NCBI GenBank assembly: GCA_951406725.2
Contig: OX597814.1
Location: forward strand, 205,530,001 to 205,594,000
Length of the DNA: 64,000 nucleotides
DNA from: Octopus vulgaris
Taxonomy: Eukaryota
Reading direction: 5' to 3'
The position numbers and the translations under genes were made by a program. This document shows positions 1-12,086 of the stretch, one piece after another; positions within the stretch are counted from its first letter, which is position 1; the number at the start of each line of letters is the position of its first letter. The notes beneath the pieces are model-generated. The model saw only the letters and a list, made by a program, of their open reading frames with translations, did not search any database and was not told the origin of the DNA.

Positions 1-110
1 ATGAAAGGCAAAGTCAACCTTGGTGGAATTTGAACTCAGAACGTAATGGCAGTCGAAATACTGCTAAGCATTTCACCTGGCATGCTAACGATTCTGCCAG
101 CTTGCCACCC
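1..110 (-). mobile_element. tRNA-derived SINE (Meta-domain-like family), 5' part; runs off the window
   Basis: Reverse complement reads GGCAAGCTGGCAGAATCGTTAGCA...GTTCTGAGTTCAAATTCC...GACTTTGCCTTTCAT (A/B boxes plus Meta-like core). Same family at about 13610-13770(-), 16165-16255(-), 19585-19790(+), 22362-22771(+), 60650-60835(+), 61281-61490(+), 61766-61960(+). Confidence 0.8.
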
Positions 111-1467
111 TGAATATATAGTTCCATCAGGTGTATGCAAAATTAAATATGCAAACCAATACACTCAGATGTATCTATACAGTAATAATGAAAGTTACTT
201 TTTAATTAATTTGGAGCATGCAACTTTTACTAAAACAAAGCAATAGTTAAAGTCTCCACTGTGAAGAAAATTCTTTAAAATTGTAATTTTAGTATATAAT
301 TTTTTTTACCAAACTGTGGTTTTGAAGATTTCAACTACAGAAGACTTATTTAAATTCACAAGATAATATCTTTTAGCACTGCAAAATAGCATTCCCTCTT
401 TATATTTTCCCTCTCTCTTACTCTTCATGATACTACATTCTACAGACATATCAGTAAAAACATTTTTCACATTATAAGTTCAATCCAGGCTCCTTTCATA
501 TTTGTTGGCTGCTTTTGAAAAAAAAAAGCAGTTTTAATTCTCTTACATCAGCTGTACCAAATATAAGCTTGTAGATATGATTATGTACAACAATTAATAT
601 TCTGGAAAAATTTAAATTGAAAATATTCTACAGAAGAAAGATATTTTACTAGAATTTAATGTTTGTTTTTCAGATTCATTCTCTTGATTCTGTTCTGTAT
701 TGAAGAACTGTGTTAGATCACTGGAAGATTCCTGCAAAAAGAAGACAAAGAGATGGATGTCAAAATATGAGATGATGATTTAATAAAGTGAAGCAGTCTT
801 AAAGTTATCATTTTTGAAAATTGATGCATTCCATCATGATTGAATTTATGTATTGTAAATCTGTTCCTGGGGAGACTGAGAGTCTTGTACAGAAAACTTT
901 ACTTCTTAATGATACATCGAGTTCATCATCATCATCAGCAGCAGCAGCAGCAGCATTTTAACATCCACTTGTTTACATAGATTAAACAGAATTTATTAAG
1001 GTAGTTTTTCTTCAATGAGATGTGCTTCTTGTTGCTAACCCTCATTTGTTTCTCTGCAAGGGGATTTCTTCATGACTGGACACGTTTGCATTGGGAGATT
1101 GGAAATGAATGATACCATGCACATGCCACATTTACAATTCTAAGGCAACGGCAAGACAAAAAAGCATAGAGACATACACATGTCATACACACACACACAC
1201 ACGTACATACATAATACATACACGTGTATGTGTGTGTAAATTGGGATTCTTTCAGTTTCCATCCACCAAATCCATTCACAAGGCTTTGATCATGCTTGAT
1301 TTACTGTAGAAGACATTTGCTCAAGGTGGCTTTTTTAAAAATGAGTAACATCTGTGAAGTGGTTAACATTAGGAAGGGCATCAAGCTGCAAAAACCATTG
1401 GCATCCTTCAAACTGTCCAGCCCATACAAATGTGGAAGGTAGACATCAAAAGATGATGATGATGATG

Positions 1468-1517
<50 letters not shown>

Positions 1518-1595
1518 GTGTGAGCGCTATACAAATACATTTGTTTGTTTGTACTCCACTTGCCTTCGTCTTTTGTTTATTTTCGTAAACTTTCC

Positions 1596-1670
<75 letters not shown>

Positions 1671-2912
1671 CACAGACATGACAGAAGTAAATAGACACTC
1701 CATAAAACTTAGTTTTGCGTTTATTCTTACTTGTAAAGGTAAAGGTTTATAATTTTTATTAATTGATATTTTATGTTTCAAGTTCTTTATGTGACTGTTT
1801 AATCATGCCATGTACAAAAGAAGCCTTGGAACTGTCTGAATTTTAAAGAGGAAGTATTGTGGGTCATTCTGAAGGTGGACATAGTCAGTATAAAACCGCA
1901 GAAAATATTGGAATCCCACCTTCTACACTTAATAGAAGGATTGTGCAATTCATCAGAGAGGGGAAGGAGTCCACATCACCTCACCCAGATCAACCAGGGC
2001 CCTCTGACAGGACCTTTCTCTTTGCTAATAGAAGTATGGAGGATAAATAATCCTTGTTGCAAGGCCTCTGACATAGCAGAACAAGTTGATGTCAGTCCCA
2101 AAGCAGCTGTCAGGTATCTCTACAAACTTGTTTACTATGGCAGAACAGCAAGAAGGAAACCATTTCTTCGACCAGCCAACATCAAGCAGAAAAAAGATTG
2201 GGCCAGTGAGATGGTGGAGAGGCCACTAGCATTTTTGGACACTGTCATATTCTCTGATGAATCCAGATTTACTGTATTTCCTGACGGTGATTGAGTGTGG
2301 GTCTGGAGACTTTGTGATCAAGAATTTGATGTGAAAAGATTGCAGCCAACAATGAAACACGGCAGCTGTTCTATGATGGTCTGGGGAGCAGTTTGGAGCA
2401 ATGGTTGGTCAGAGCTGGTGGAATGTGAGGGAAACATAAACTCAGATAAATATGTGTCCATATTGCAGAAAGATTCCTTCCAATCTTCTCCAGTGATGAA
2501 ATGATTAAGGAAGACTCTTTATTTATAGAAGCTGGGGCTCCTTGTCACATGACTAAAATGACCCATGATTTGTTGGATGAGAATGGCACTAAAAAGCTTC
2601 GATGGCCAAGCTAGTCACCAGATATGAACCCTATTGAACACCTCTGGGACATAATGGACAGGACACTTCATAAAAAGATCAAGAATGCATCTTCAAAGCC
2701 AGATCTTTTGAGATTACTGCATGAAACTTGGCAAGAAATTCTGCAAGGGATTTTTGTCATCTGATAAGTAATATGCCTAATAGGGTCCTTGCATTGAAAA
2801 AGGCAAAGGCATGTCTACATTATAACAATTAATAAATAATTTGAATGTATAATTTCAGATTTAAACAAATCTTAATGATTATAAGGGTGTCTATTTACTT
2901 CTGTCATGTGTG
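1671..2912 (+). mobile_element. Tc1-like DNA transposon, near full length, inactivated
   Basis: Left TIR CACAGACATGACAGAAGTAAATAGACAC follows TA at 1669-1670. Right TIR GTGTCTATTTACTTCTGTCATGT starts at 2887. A transposase relic lies between them. Confidence 0.92.
1805..2826 (+). pseudogene. Tc1 (DD34E-type) transposase pseudogene
   Basis: HTH region, then ARRKPFLR, VIFSDESRF, MVWGAVW, GAPCH and WPS*SPDMNPIEHLW motifs, split over frames by stops and frameshifts (ORFs 1859-2050, 1857-2294, 2295-2504). Confidence 0.92.
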
Positions 2913-3034
2913 CATGTGTATTCACATCTCAAGAAGACCTGTCTTCCTCCACAGCAGAAGTGTTAAGACCATAGCCCCTGGTGAGGAAGATTGGCCTACA
3001 AGATTGCTGTGCCACTGCCACATACGATCACTCA

Positions 3035-3227
3035 TATGGTGCCACATTAAAAGCACCCAGCACACTCTGTAAAGTGGTTGGTATTAAGAAGGGTATCCAT
3101 GCCAAATCAGACTGGAACCTCGGCACTGCTCTCTGGCTTGCCAGCTCCAGTCAATCCATCCAACTCAGGCCAGCATAGAAAGCAAATGTTAAATGTTGGT
3201 GATGATGATGATGATGATGATGATGAT
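3035..3227 (+). mobile_element. RTE-family 3' tail with (GAT)n end
   Basis: AAAAGCACCCAGCACACTCTG...AAGAAGGGTATCC...TCCAAC...(GAT)n. Other copies at about 3532-3720(-), 8110-8432(-), 9365-9590(+), 20195-20312(+), 26620-26975(+), 28825-29020(-), 29100-29320(-), 31200-31604(+), 31900-32110(+), 32300-32546(+), 38608-38875(-), 43480-43670(-), 43905-44145(+), 44270-44530(+), 47700-47852(-), 51825-52012(+), 59640-60008(-). Confidence 0.8.
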
Positions 3228-4093
3228 ACAATATATATACTCATATACCTTTCCAACATACTACACATAGTTTCCATCTGCCAAAATTCACCCACAAGGC
3301 TTTGATTTTGGGTTCATCTGGGACTATGTGTAGAGAGCCATGGTATGAATCATCCAAAGTACGATATAAGTGGGCTTGAACCTAGAACCATGTGATTATG
3401 AAGCAAACTTCTTAACTACTCAGCTATGTCATAGCTTCATTGGCATGAGAAGTCATGCAACAGATTCATAACATTAAGGTGGGGACTGTATTGAAATTTC
3501 ATTTTATCCAAGGACAACCACACACAGAATATCATCATCTTCATCATCATCATCATTTAACGTCTGTTTTCTATGCTGGCATGGGTTGGACAGTTTGACA
3601 GGAGCTGCTGGTAAGGCCAAAAACTGCATCAGTTTTCATTGCCTGCTTTGGTATGGTTTCTACGATTGGATGCTCCTCTAAGGCCGACCACCTTACAGAG
3701 TATACTGGGTGCTTTTTTGCATGGGGAGAAAATGAAATTAATTCTGCAATCTTCCCCACTTAACAGTCTATAAGAAATGACAGATACTTACAATGGTCTG
3801 GGTGTTGATGGAGGTGGTGGTGGTGGCAGCGGCGGTGGTGCTGGTAGTCATATTTCTCACTGTAAATATTTACTATGGGTCTTGGTACTATTCTTTCATG
3901 GCTCTCTAACTAAACATAGATTGTAAATAAGATTTAGTAAACATGATATTTAAGATGTTTAAAATATTTGGGTGAAAGCAAACGGGATGTCACTCTCATT
4001 TTTAAAAAGCAATTTTAAAAATCTACTATAGCCCTGAATCAAGCAAAGCCTTGTAAATGGATATGGTCGATGGAAACTGAAAGAAGCACATTA

Positions 4094-4290
4094 TGCATAC
4101 ATACATGCATACATACATACATACATACGTACGTACGTACGTACGTACGTACATACATACATACATACATACATACATACATACATACATACATACATAC
4201 ATACATACATACATACATACATACATACATACATACATACATACATACATACATACATACATACATACGTACGTACGTACATACTCATAC
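4094..4290. repeat. (TACA)n/(TACG)n microsatellite
   Basis: Direct tetranucleotide run. Similar runs at 4462-4541, 11975-12085, 12654-12925, 39735-39960. Confidence 0.97.
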
Positions 4291-4461
4291 ATCACAAGTG
4301 CAATCTGTGAGTGGGACAGTAAAAATATGCAAGACTTTTCTCATGTTCCAAATGTGAATTTGTCTGTATTAACTACATACCAAAGATGGAGCCTTGTATT
4401 TTTGTTGGAAACCAGCTCCCTCCTCAGTGGAAGATTTGTAATAATTAAAAAATAGAAGAGA
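4291..4461 (+). mobile_element. R4/Dong-like RLE retrotransposon, extreme 3' end, inside (TACA)n
   Basis: Encodes QVQSVSGTVKICKTFLMF*, matching QIQSITGNVKICKTFQKF of the longer copy at 12087-12654. (TACA)n on both sides. Confidence 0.65.
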
Positions 4462-5173
4462 CATACATACATACATACATACATACATACATACATACAT
4501 ACATACATACATACATACATACATACATACATACATACATACGTGTGTGTGTGTGTGTTTGTATGTGTGTGTGAGTGAGCATGTGTATCTTTATGTGTCT
4601 TTGTTGTAATACCCCATGGTAGTTGTAAATGAGTGTCACTGTCACACAAGCAGTGTCATTCATTTCCAATATTCTGCATAAACATCTGACCATGGAGAAA
4701 TACACTTGGGAACAGGTGAAGGTTAGTGACTGGAAAGGCATCTGGCTGTAGAAAATCTACCTCAACAAATTAAAGATAAATTTAACACATTAAATTAGCA
4801 TATAACATCTTCATCAATGCTGCCACTGAACTTAAGACGTTTATATTACTTATGAGGTGTTCTATATTTGTCAGCTAGAGAGTAGTTGGGTCTCAAGGGG
4901 GTGGTACAAACCTAGCAATATGTGTTTTATAGTGAAAACAAAATTTCCATTCAAATGACAATTGCTGGACGAGTTTCTGTTTGAGTCTGACCCTTTTAAC
5001 TCAAGGTGGAAACACTACCTATGTCGTAAATAGGCATACAGATATTGTATAAATTTTATAATTGAAAAATTTACTACATTTTATACATACGAGTATATCT
5101 GCCTGTGGGTGCAATAAAATCTGCCCGCAGGGGTTTCCCCACCCTTACATTAGATGATGGTGTGTATATAATA

Positions 5174-6749
5174 TTGGGTTCTCATTAAATTCATTTGAAT
5201 TTGCTTTTTTTTTTCAGTTTATTTTAATCTTTATTTTCCATCAAAAATTTTAACAAATCAGTCAATAATATATTCTCCTCCATTGTTCATGACTTTCTGC
5301 CTATGTTCCACAAGCTTGTTAATGCTTTGATGATAGAAATCACCAGGTCCTGATGCGAAGAATTCATCAAGTCACTTTTCAATGCCACACCATAGTTGAA
5401 TGAAACATCTTGCAAGGTGTTGGAAGGCAATCAAAAATGATGATTATCTGAAGACATAATATCAGGAGAATACGGTGAGTACAATAGAACTTCCTATTTG
5501 AAATAATAAAAAGCATTTTTGGTCAAATTTGTATTGTGGAGGTGAGTGTTGTCATGTTGATGAAGTGTACCATATTACCAGTTGGGTCATTTCAGCAAAA
5601 TTGCCTCATTGCATAAGTGCATTTGCAGAATGTAAAGCAATGCATTGACTGCATGTTCTATTTTATGCATTTTTACGTGCCACCGGCATGGAGGCCGGTC
5701 AGGGTGGCGCCGGCAATGGCCACGTTCGGATGGTTCTTTTATGTGCCACCGGCACTGGTATCACAACTACAATTTCCATTGATTTTGATCGATTTCGATT
5801 TCGATTTCAATTTCACTTGCCTCAACAGGTCTTCACAAGTAGAGTTTTGTGTCCCAAGAAGGAAAGGTATGCATAAGCGGACTGGCTACATCCAGGTAGA
5901 GGTCACGGGTTATGGTCCCACTTGTCCTGCCGGGTCTTCTCACACACAGCATAACCCTTCCCAATCCCACCAAATATAGATCATTGTCTTGAATGGATGC
6001 AACTCTGTCTTGGGTCAAGGGATTGCTTGCATGTTGAGATTCAGCCATTCTTTCTTCTGCATCATATTGATTTAAAGATGCCAGTTGATATTGCCAGTGA
6101 TGATGCTGTAAAGAAATCTCTGCGTCCATGAGTAACTTTATGTCAAATTGCTGGCATTGGCAGCTGGACTGGTATTTGTCTCTTATGCTCAAAGTGTGTG
6201 ACACCCATACACTAAGTTTTTGAACCTTACCCGTCAAGTGAAGATGACGGGCAACAGAATCACGAGAGCATCCTATCTGCTGAGTCAGTTGAATTGGAGT
6301 GAATGAACTGAATCAATTAATCCTCATTAAATTCACCAGGTCAGCCAGAGTATGGAGAGCCTGTGAGGTCAAATTTCCCCTCCTTGAAGCATGGAAACCA
6401 TTTTCCCTGCAGTTCTTTCAGTAATAGCACCTTCTTTGTGTACAGAACAAATGTGGATTTGGAAGCTTTAGAAGCTTGATTAGAAGTGATGAGAAACAAG
6501 TGTCAAAAATGCTCGGTTTGACACTCCATCCTCATATGTCTGAAAAAAGGTAAAATTTACTCAAATTTCAAAAACTATAAACAAAGTTTGAAGAGGAAGA
6601 ACAGAGCCTCAAAAACCTCATAAAACACTATGATGAAATTATTTTTTGTGTTAATACGAATAATATTGGAAAGAAATGAACAAATTTCCAGCATGGCCAC
6701 AGTCAAATGACTGAAACAAGTAAAAGAGTAAATTTGTCTGAGAACCCAA
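5174..6749 (-). mobile_element. mariner transposon relic with nested insertions
   Basis: Termini TA|TTGGGTTCTCA and TGAGAACCCAA|TA. Minus-strand motifs WVSHTL (WVPHEL-like), IITGN..W, IWWDWEG, HDN and YSPYSPD. Interrupted by an RTE 3' UTR piece (5670-5953) and a SINE tail (6688-6730). Confidence 0.85.
5670..5953 (-). mobile_element. RTE LINE 3' UTR fragment
   Basis: Matches the region after the RT stop in the RTE copy at 36960-37200. Near-identical inverted copy at 6920-7203. Confidence 0.85.
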
Positions 6750-6919
6750 TATATATTAGAATGGGGTTTTTTACATTATATATCAGTTAGATATAGTTGT
6801 GTACATGAGCTATACTAAATAGGTAAAGTATGGTTATGTTGTACAATTTCAGGTTGATATACTTTAGGTATATTATATATTAGATATAAAGCATATATTT
6901 CTTCTCTCCATATATATGT

Positions 6920-7213
6920 ATGCAGTGTGTGAGAAGACCCGGCAGGACAAGTGGGACCATAACCCGTGACCTCTACCTGTATGTAGCCAGTCCGCTTATG
7001 CATACCTTTCCTTCTTGGGACACAAAACTCTACTTGTGAAGACCTGTTGAGGCAAGTGAAATTGAAATCGAAATCGAAATCGATCAAAATCAATGGAAAT
7101 TGTAGTTGTGATACCAGTGCCGGTGGCACATAAAAGAACCATCCGAATGTGGCCATTGCCGGTGCCACCCTGACTGGCCTCCATGCCGGTGGCACGTAAA
7201 AAGCACCAACCGA
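6920..7213 (+). mobile_element. RTE LINE 3' UTR fragment
   Basis: Starts TGCAGTGTGTGAGAAGACCCGG (end of RT ORF) and carries two GTGCCGGTGGCAC(G/A)TAAAA repeat units. Confidence 0.85.
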
Positions 7214-7235
7214 TGATAATGATAATAATATATTA

Positions 7236-7629
7236 CTAGCAGTATTGCCCGGCGTTGCTCGGGTTTGTAAGGGAAATAACTATATAAGCATTTTTAGAGA
7301 TGTAAAGTATAATAGCCATTTCAATATGGCTAACCACAAAGGGGGGTGTTACTGTAGCTTTTTACGTTCTGAGATTTAATAATACATGTTTAGAGAGTTA
7401 CTTCCCTTATATAATAGCAGAAAAATGCATTAAAAATGGGAAAAAATGATGGTAATTTTTTTTTAAATTGTAGACTCATCATAGACACGCGCTAATACCC
7501 AGAAGGGCTCGATATGAATCACGACTATAAGATACCCGGTTTTGGTTAAACTGCACCGCAAAATGTGGAAGTAGTTAGGAATCTAAATCGTAGGAGACAG
7601 ACACACAACTTCACTTTTATATATAAAGA
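7236..7629 (-). mobile_element. non-autonomous Helitron
   Basis: Minus strand reads A|TCTTTATATATAAAAGTGAAG...CCCGAGCAACGCCGGG (subterminal hairpin)...CTAG|T: canonical TC/CTAG ends in an AT target with no TSD. Second copy at 51097-51481. Confidence 0.85.
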
Positions 7630-8526
7630 TTTACAGTACAGCAGTGCAAATGGTGGTACCCTAGTATGGCCACAACTCATGAGCTGAAACTAGTTTCAAT
7701 TCAATCCAATTCAATATATGCTCCATTTAAAGTGACTAAACCTAAACAATTGTTTACATTTAGTTGCTTTAAATGGAGTATATATCATTGTAAATAATAT
7801 ATGATTATAGTTATTATTAAAAAGGACCTATGTGTGTCACTGTTCTCCGTAATTTACAGCCTTCAGGTTTGTTTACAAATTTGTAAATATATATCTATAT
7901 ATATCATAGAAATGGGGAAGGCTGGTTAATGGGATTACCTTAGATTTCCCATCCATAAAGGGCTTACACTGTCAAGCTAAACCCTTTATGGACAGGAAAC
8001 CTGAGGTAATTCCATAAACTGGCCTTCCCCATTTTTAATATATACTACTCTGCATCTTAGAGTGTGCTTCTTCTTTCAGATTTACGTTTTCTACAATCCT
8101 CCTCCTCCTCCTCATCATCATCATCATTGTCGTTGTCATCGTCGTTGTCATCGTCATCATCATCATCACCATCATCATCATCATCGTTCAACATCCGCTT
8201 TCCATGCTGGCGTGGGTTGGACGGTTTGACTGAGGACTAGCAAACCAAATGGCTGTATCAGGCTCCAATCTGATCTGGCAGTGTTTCTACAGCTGGATGC
8301 CCTTCCTAACACCAACCACTCCGAGAGTGTAATGGGTGCTTTTTACATGCCACCAGCACGGGAGCCAGTCAGGGGGTACTGGCATCGGCCACATTCAGAT
8401 GGTACTTTTTACATGCCACCGGCATGGGAGCCAAACAATATATATATGTATATATTAAATATGAAGTGCATATATTGTTGTACTTCAGCTTGATATAGTG
8501 TGAATATGTTGTATATTAGATAGATA

Positions 8527-8666
8527 TGTACATTATTTACATTTGATGGATACTTGTCCTCATCTTGTTTGTTGTTAACACAGCATTTTGGCTGTTATAC
8601 CCTCCAGCCTTCAAGTGTCTTGGGAAAATTTTGAACCTGGGTTCTCATTCCCAAGGTATTTTTCGA

Positions 8667-8714
<48 letters not shown>

Positions 8715-8914
8715 TTTTATTATTCAGGCCACTGCTTGGAATTGAACTTGGAATCTTGGGGTTAGTAGCACGTGCTCTTAACCACTACACCATATGCCCG
8801 TGGGCACCTGATGAAAACTGGAAGGTATAGCAGCCAAAACGTTGAGGACAAATAGCCATCAAATGTAAATAATGTAAATAATGTACATAATTCCTCATCT
8901 CTTAAATATAGAAC
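8527..8914 (-). mobile_element. tRNA-headed retroelement with hammerhead-like (Penelope-type) tail and an inverted tail copy
   Basis: Minus-strand head GGGCATATGGTGTAGTGGTTAAGAGC...GTTCAATTCC (8799-8725), then (AAT)n and tail 8665-8527. The tail is repeated in inverted orientation at 8805-8914 with CTGATGA...CAGCC-AAAACGTT. Confidence 0.65.
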
Positions 8915-9894
8915 TAGATAGATATGGTTGGGTTTAATGCTAGATAGGGGTGGGCATATTATATAACCTTAGTTAACATAGTGTGGGTATCTTACCTTTC
9001 TTCCAATCAGTAGCAGTCCTTTATTCAAGTATATTATGGATAACAGTTTTATATAGTCTTGTAAGAAGTAAATGCTTAATTGTTACTGGCAATTATTGAT
9101 TTCTGAATCATTGAATTCATTAACTGACATCATTAATATTCCAGCTGGTTGCTTTTGAGATACGGCGGTGGTGGTGGTGGTGGTGGTGGTGGTGAAGTTG
9201 AAGGGAAATTGCCATCGTTTAACAATGAGGATTTAGTTGTCAACTGATTTTGGCCAACTAAATTCTCTCCTCTTGAATTAGCATATAAGTGGCTGAGTAT
9301 TCCAACAGAGATATGGACCCTTAATGTAACTCTCAAGCAGAATAAGCATGACCACAGTGTGTGAGGTGGTCATATCTCTTGCAGCCTCACCTGGCACCTG
9401 TGCCGGTGGCACGTAAAAAGCACCCACTACACTCACGGAGTGGTTGGCGTTAGGAAGGGCATCCAGCTGTAGAAACACTGCCAGATCAGACTGGAGCCTG
9501 GTACAGCCTTCTGGCTTCCCAGACCCTGGTCGAACTGTCCAACCCATGCTAGCATAGAAAGCGAACGTTAAATGATGATGATGATGATGACTCCAATCCG
9601 TGAGTATCTCTACATTTTACATCTACCTGTTTTACTCACAGTGTATGGATCACACCTACATTATAAAAAATTACATTTGCTTAAAACACCATGCAGTGGG
9701 ATTGAACCAGTGACTTTATGGAATTTTTAAATATGATTTTGTCTCAAATAAAGCTTGAGGCCTTTGTAGAGTAAAATACTAGAAACAATGAGAAGAAGGG
9801 ACCTACAAATTGAAAAAATGTTGATTGACAGAAAGCTTAAACCTTTAGAATTCCCATTATTCTGTCAAATGTAATATTTATTTATTCACAATCA

Positions 9895-11000
9895 TCACCA
9901 TCATCATCATTTAACGTCCGTTGTCTATGCTGGCATGAGTTGGATGGTTTGACTGGGCTGGCATGCTGGAAGGCTACACAAGGATCCAGTCTGATTTGGC
10001 GTAGTTTTCTATGGCTGGATGCCCTTCCTAGCACCAACCACTCCGAGAGTGTAATGGGTGCTTTTACATGCCACCAGCATAGATGCTATTTGCATAACAC
10101 TGGTATCTGCCACAACTACGATTTTGCTTGGCTTGATGGGTCTTCTCAAGCACGACATAATGCCAAAGGTCTTGGTCATTGCCTTTGTGAGGCCCAACAC
10201 TTGAAAGGTGCTTGGCCACTTTGCCTCCATATGGCTCAATGCTTGAAAGGAACTCAACCAGCTCACCTCCGTGAGGCCCATTCAAAGAGAACCCAGCCAC
10301 CTTGCCTCCTTAAGGCCCAACACTCAAAAGGAACTTGGCCACTTTTCCTCCATGCAACCCAGGAGCTTCGCCACTTTGCCTCCATGAGGCCCAATGCTCA
10401 AAGGGAACTCAGCCACCTCACCTCCATGAGGCCCACTTGAAAGGAACTCAGCCACCTTGCCTCCATGAGGCCCAACACTTGAAAGGAACTCAGTCACTTT
10501 GCCTCTGTCAAGCCCAATGCTTGAAAAGTATTCAATTACTTTGCCTCCATGAGGCCTGACGTTCAAAGGTTGATTTTTTTACATGCCACCAGCACAGGTG
10601 CACTTGGCTTGATCGGTCCTCTTAAGCAGAGCATATTGCCAATGTTCTCAGTCACTAGTCATTGCCTCTATGCGGTTCAAATTTTGATGGTTATGCTTCA
10701 CCACTTCATCCCATGTCTTCCTGGGTCTACCTCTACCACAAGTCCCCTCTACAGTTAGAGATCAGCACTTCTTTACACAACTGTCCTTGTCCATACACAT
10801 CACATGACCATACCAGTGCAGTCATCTCTCTTGCACACCACATCTGATTCCTCTCATGTTTAACTTTCCTTTCAAGATGTTAACACTCTGTCAAACATGC
10901 ACACTGACATTGCACATCCAGCAAAGCATACTGGCTTCATTTCTCTCAAGCTTACACATGTACTTGGATGTCATAGCCCATGTTTCACGGCCATGCAGCA
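9895..11000 (-). mobile_element. RTE LINE 3' region with an internal ~42-bp tandem array
   Basis: (ATC)n tail at 9895. RT C-terminal relic (GIRCGVQER.LHWYGHV, RGRPRKTWDEVVKH) at 10620-11000. About 10 units GCCTCCATGAGGCCCAACACTTGAAAGGAACTCAGCCACCTT at 10181-10570. Confidence 0.85.
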
Positions 11001-12086
11001 GGGAAGAATATTTTGGAAGAATGCTAAAGTGTTAAAGAACTGAATATCAAAGTCAAGAGGAAAATAAGATGATGGTAGTGAGTTTCAGAGAGTAGCCATT
11101 TTCAGGAAAGAAGTTAAGTTATTAGAATAAAAGGGATGATGAAAGACAGGAAGCCGTTTGGCCATATTGTGCATACTTTCAGGTGTAAAAGTCTTTGCAT
11201 ATATTGTCCAAGAGATAATAGATCTGATAAGCATGGTTATTCCTCTCTTGATGATGTTGTTTAACATCGGGTCACCCATGACCTTGCTGACCCACATCCA
11301 AAGTTGTGGCCATCTTATGTTTTAAGGGTATGTTAGAGTACATCATCCACTTCATCCTTTCTTTATTTCGAATGGTAGGGTGTTATTTGAGGTAGATGTG
11401 GCTGCTATTTCTAGCAGACCAAGCAGCCAATGAGAGGCTCTCACATTGGCTCCTTCGATGTGAACGGTGAAACTTGTCGATACATATCTCAAATTTAATC
11501 TATTTAGCTTCACAACTGTTTGGATAAACAATTACAATTAATTGACGAAATAGAGAAATATCCTGACAGCAGATCTATTTTGAATTTGCTGGGGAGATGT
11601 TGCGGATGTGATGAGGATTAAAACTGGTCAATGATCTCAGTTTCATATCATTAATTTAACAGTTATGTCACCCTTTGTAAACAAAAGACCTGAGCTACTT
11701 TAGAGCTACTTTGATCTTTCATAGCTAACTGTCAAATATTAGGACATAGCACGGGTAATACAACAGGATGTATGGAGTGTTATGTAAATCTGAATAATTC
11801 TTTGTAAGTTTAAACACAAGGTGAGCAATTTCAAAGGTAGAGGAAGTTGATTACTTTGGCCCCAGTGTCCAACTGGTACTTCCTAAAAGAAAGGACACAA
11901 AAATAGGGACAAATTTCAATTTTAAAGCCAAAATGTTGAGTAAAAAATATAAAACAATTTTTTTAAATCATACTCATACATACATACATACATACATACA
12001 TACATACATACATGTATACATACATACATACATACATACATGCATGTATACATACATATATACATACATATATACATACATACATA

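Noticed and set aside
674-790. Exon-like block after a good acceptor (TTTTTCAG)
   Set aside because: Early stops in all three frames and no recognisable protein; could be a non-coding or terminal exon but is unsupported.
1805-2826. Active or domesticated transposase
   Set aside because: Multiple stops and frameshifts; the same holds for every RT, endonuclease and mariner relic in the window.
9400-9480. Twister ribozyme upstream of the AGGAAGGGCATCC motif
   Set aside because: TGCCGGT and GGAG are present, but the CCCAAGCCCGG core and the pseudoknot partners are absent.
9940-10566. Repetitive ORFs (CLHEAQHLKGTQP) that look like a zinc-finger or repeat protein
   Set aside because: Product of the 42-bp RTE-derived minisatellite; frames break between units.
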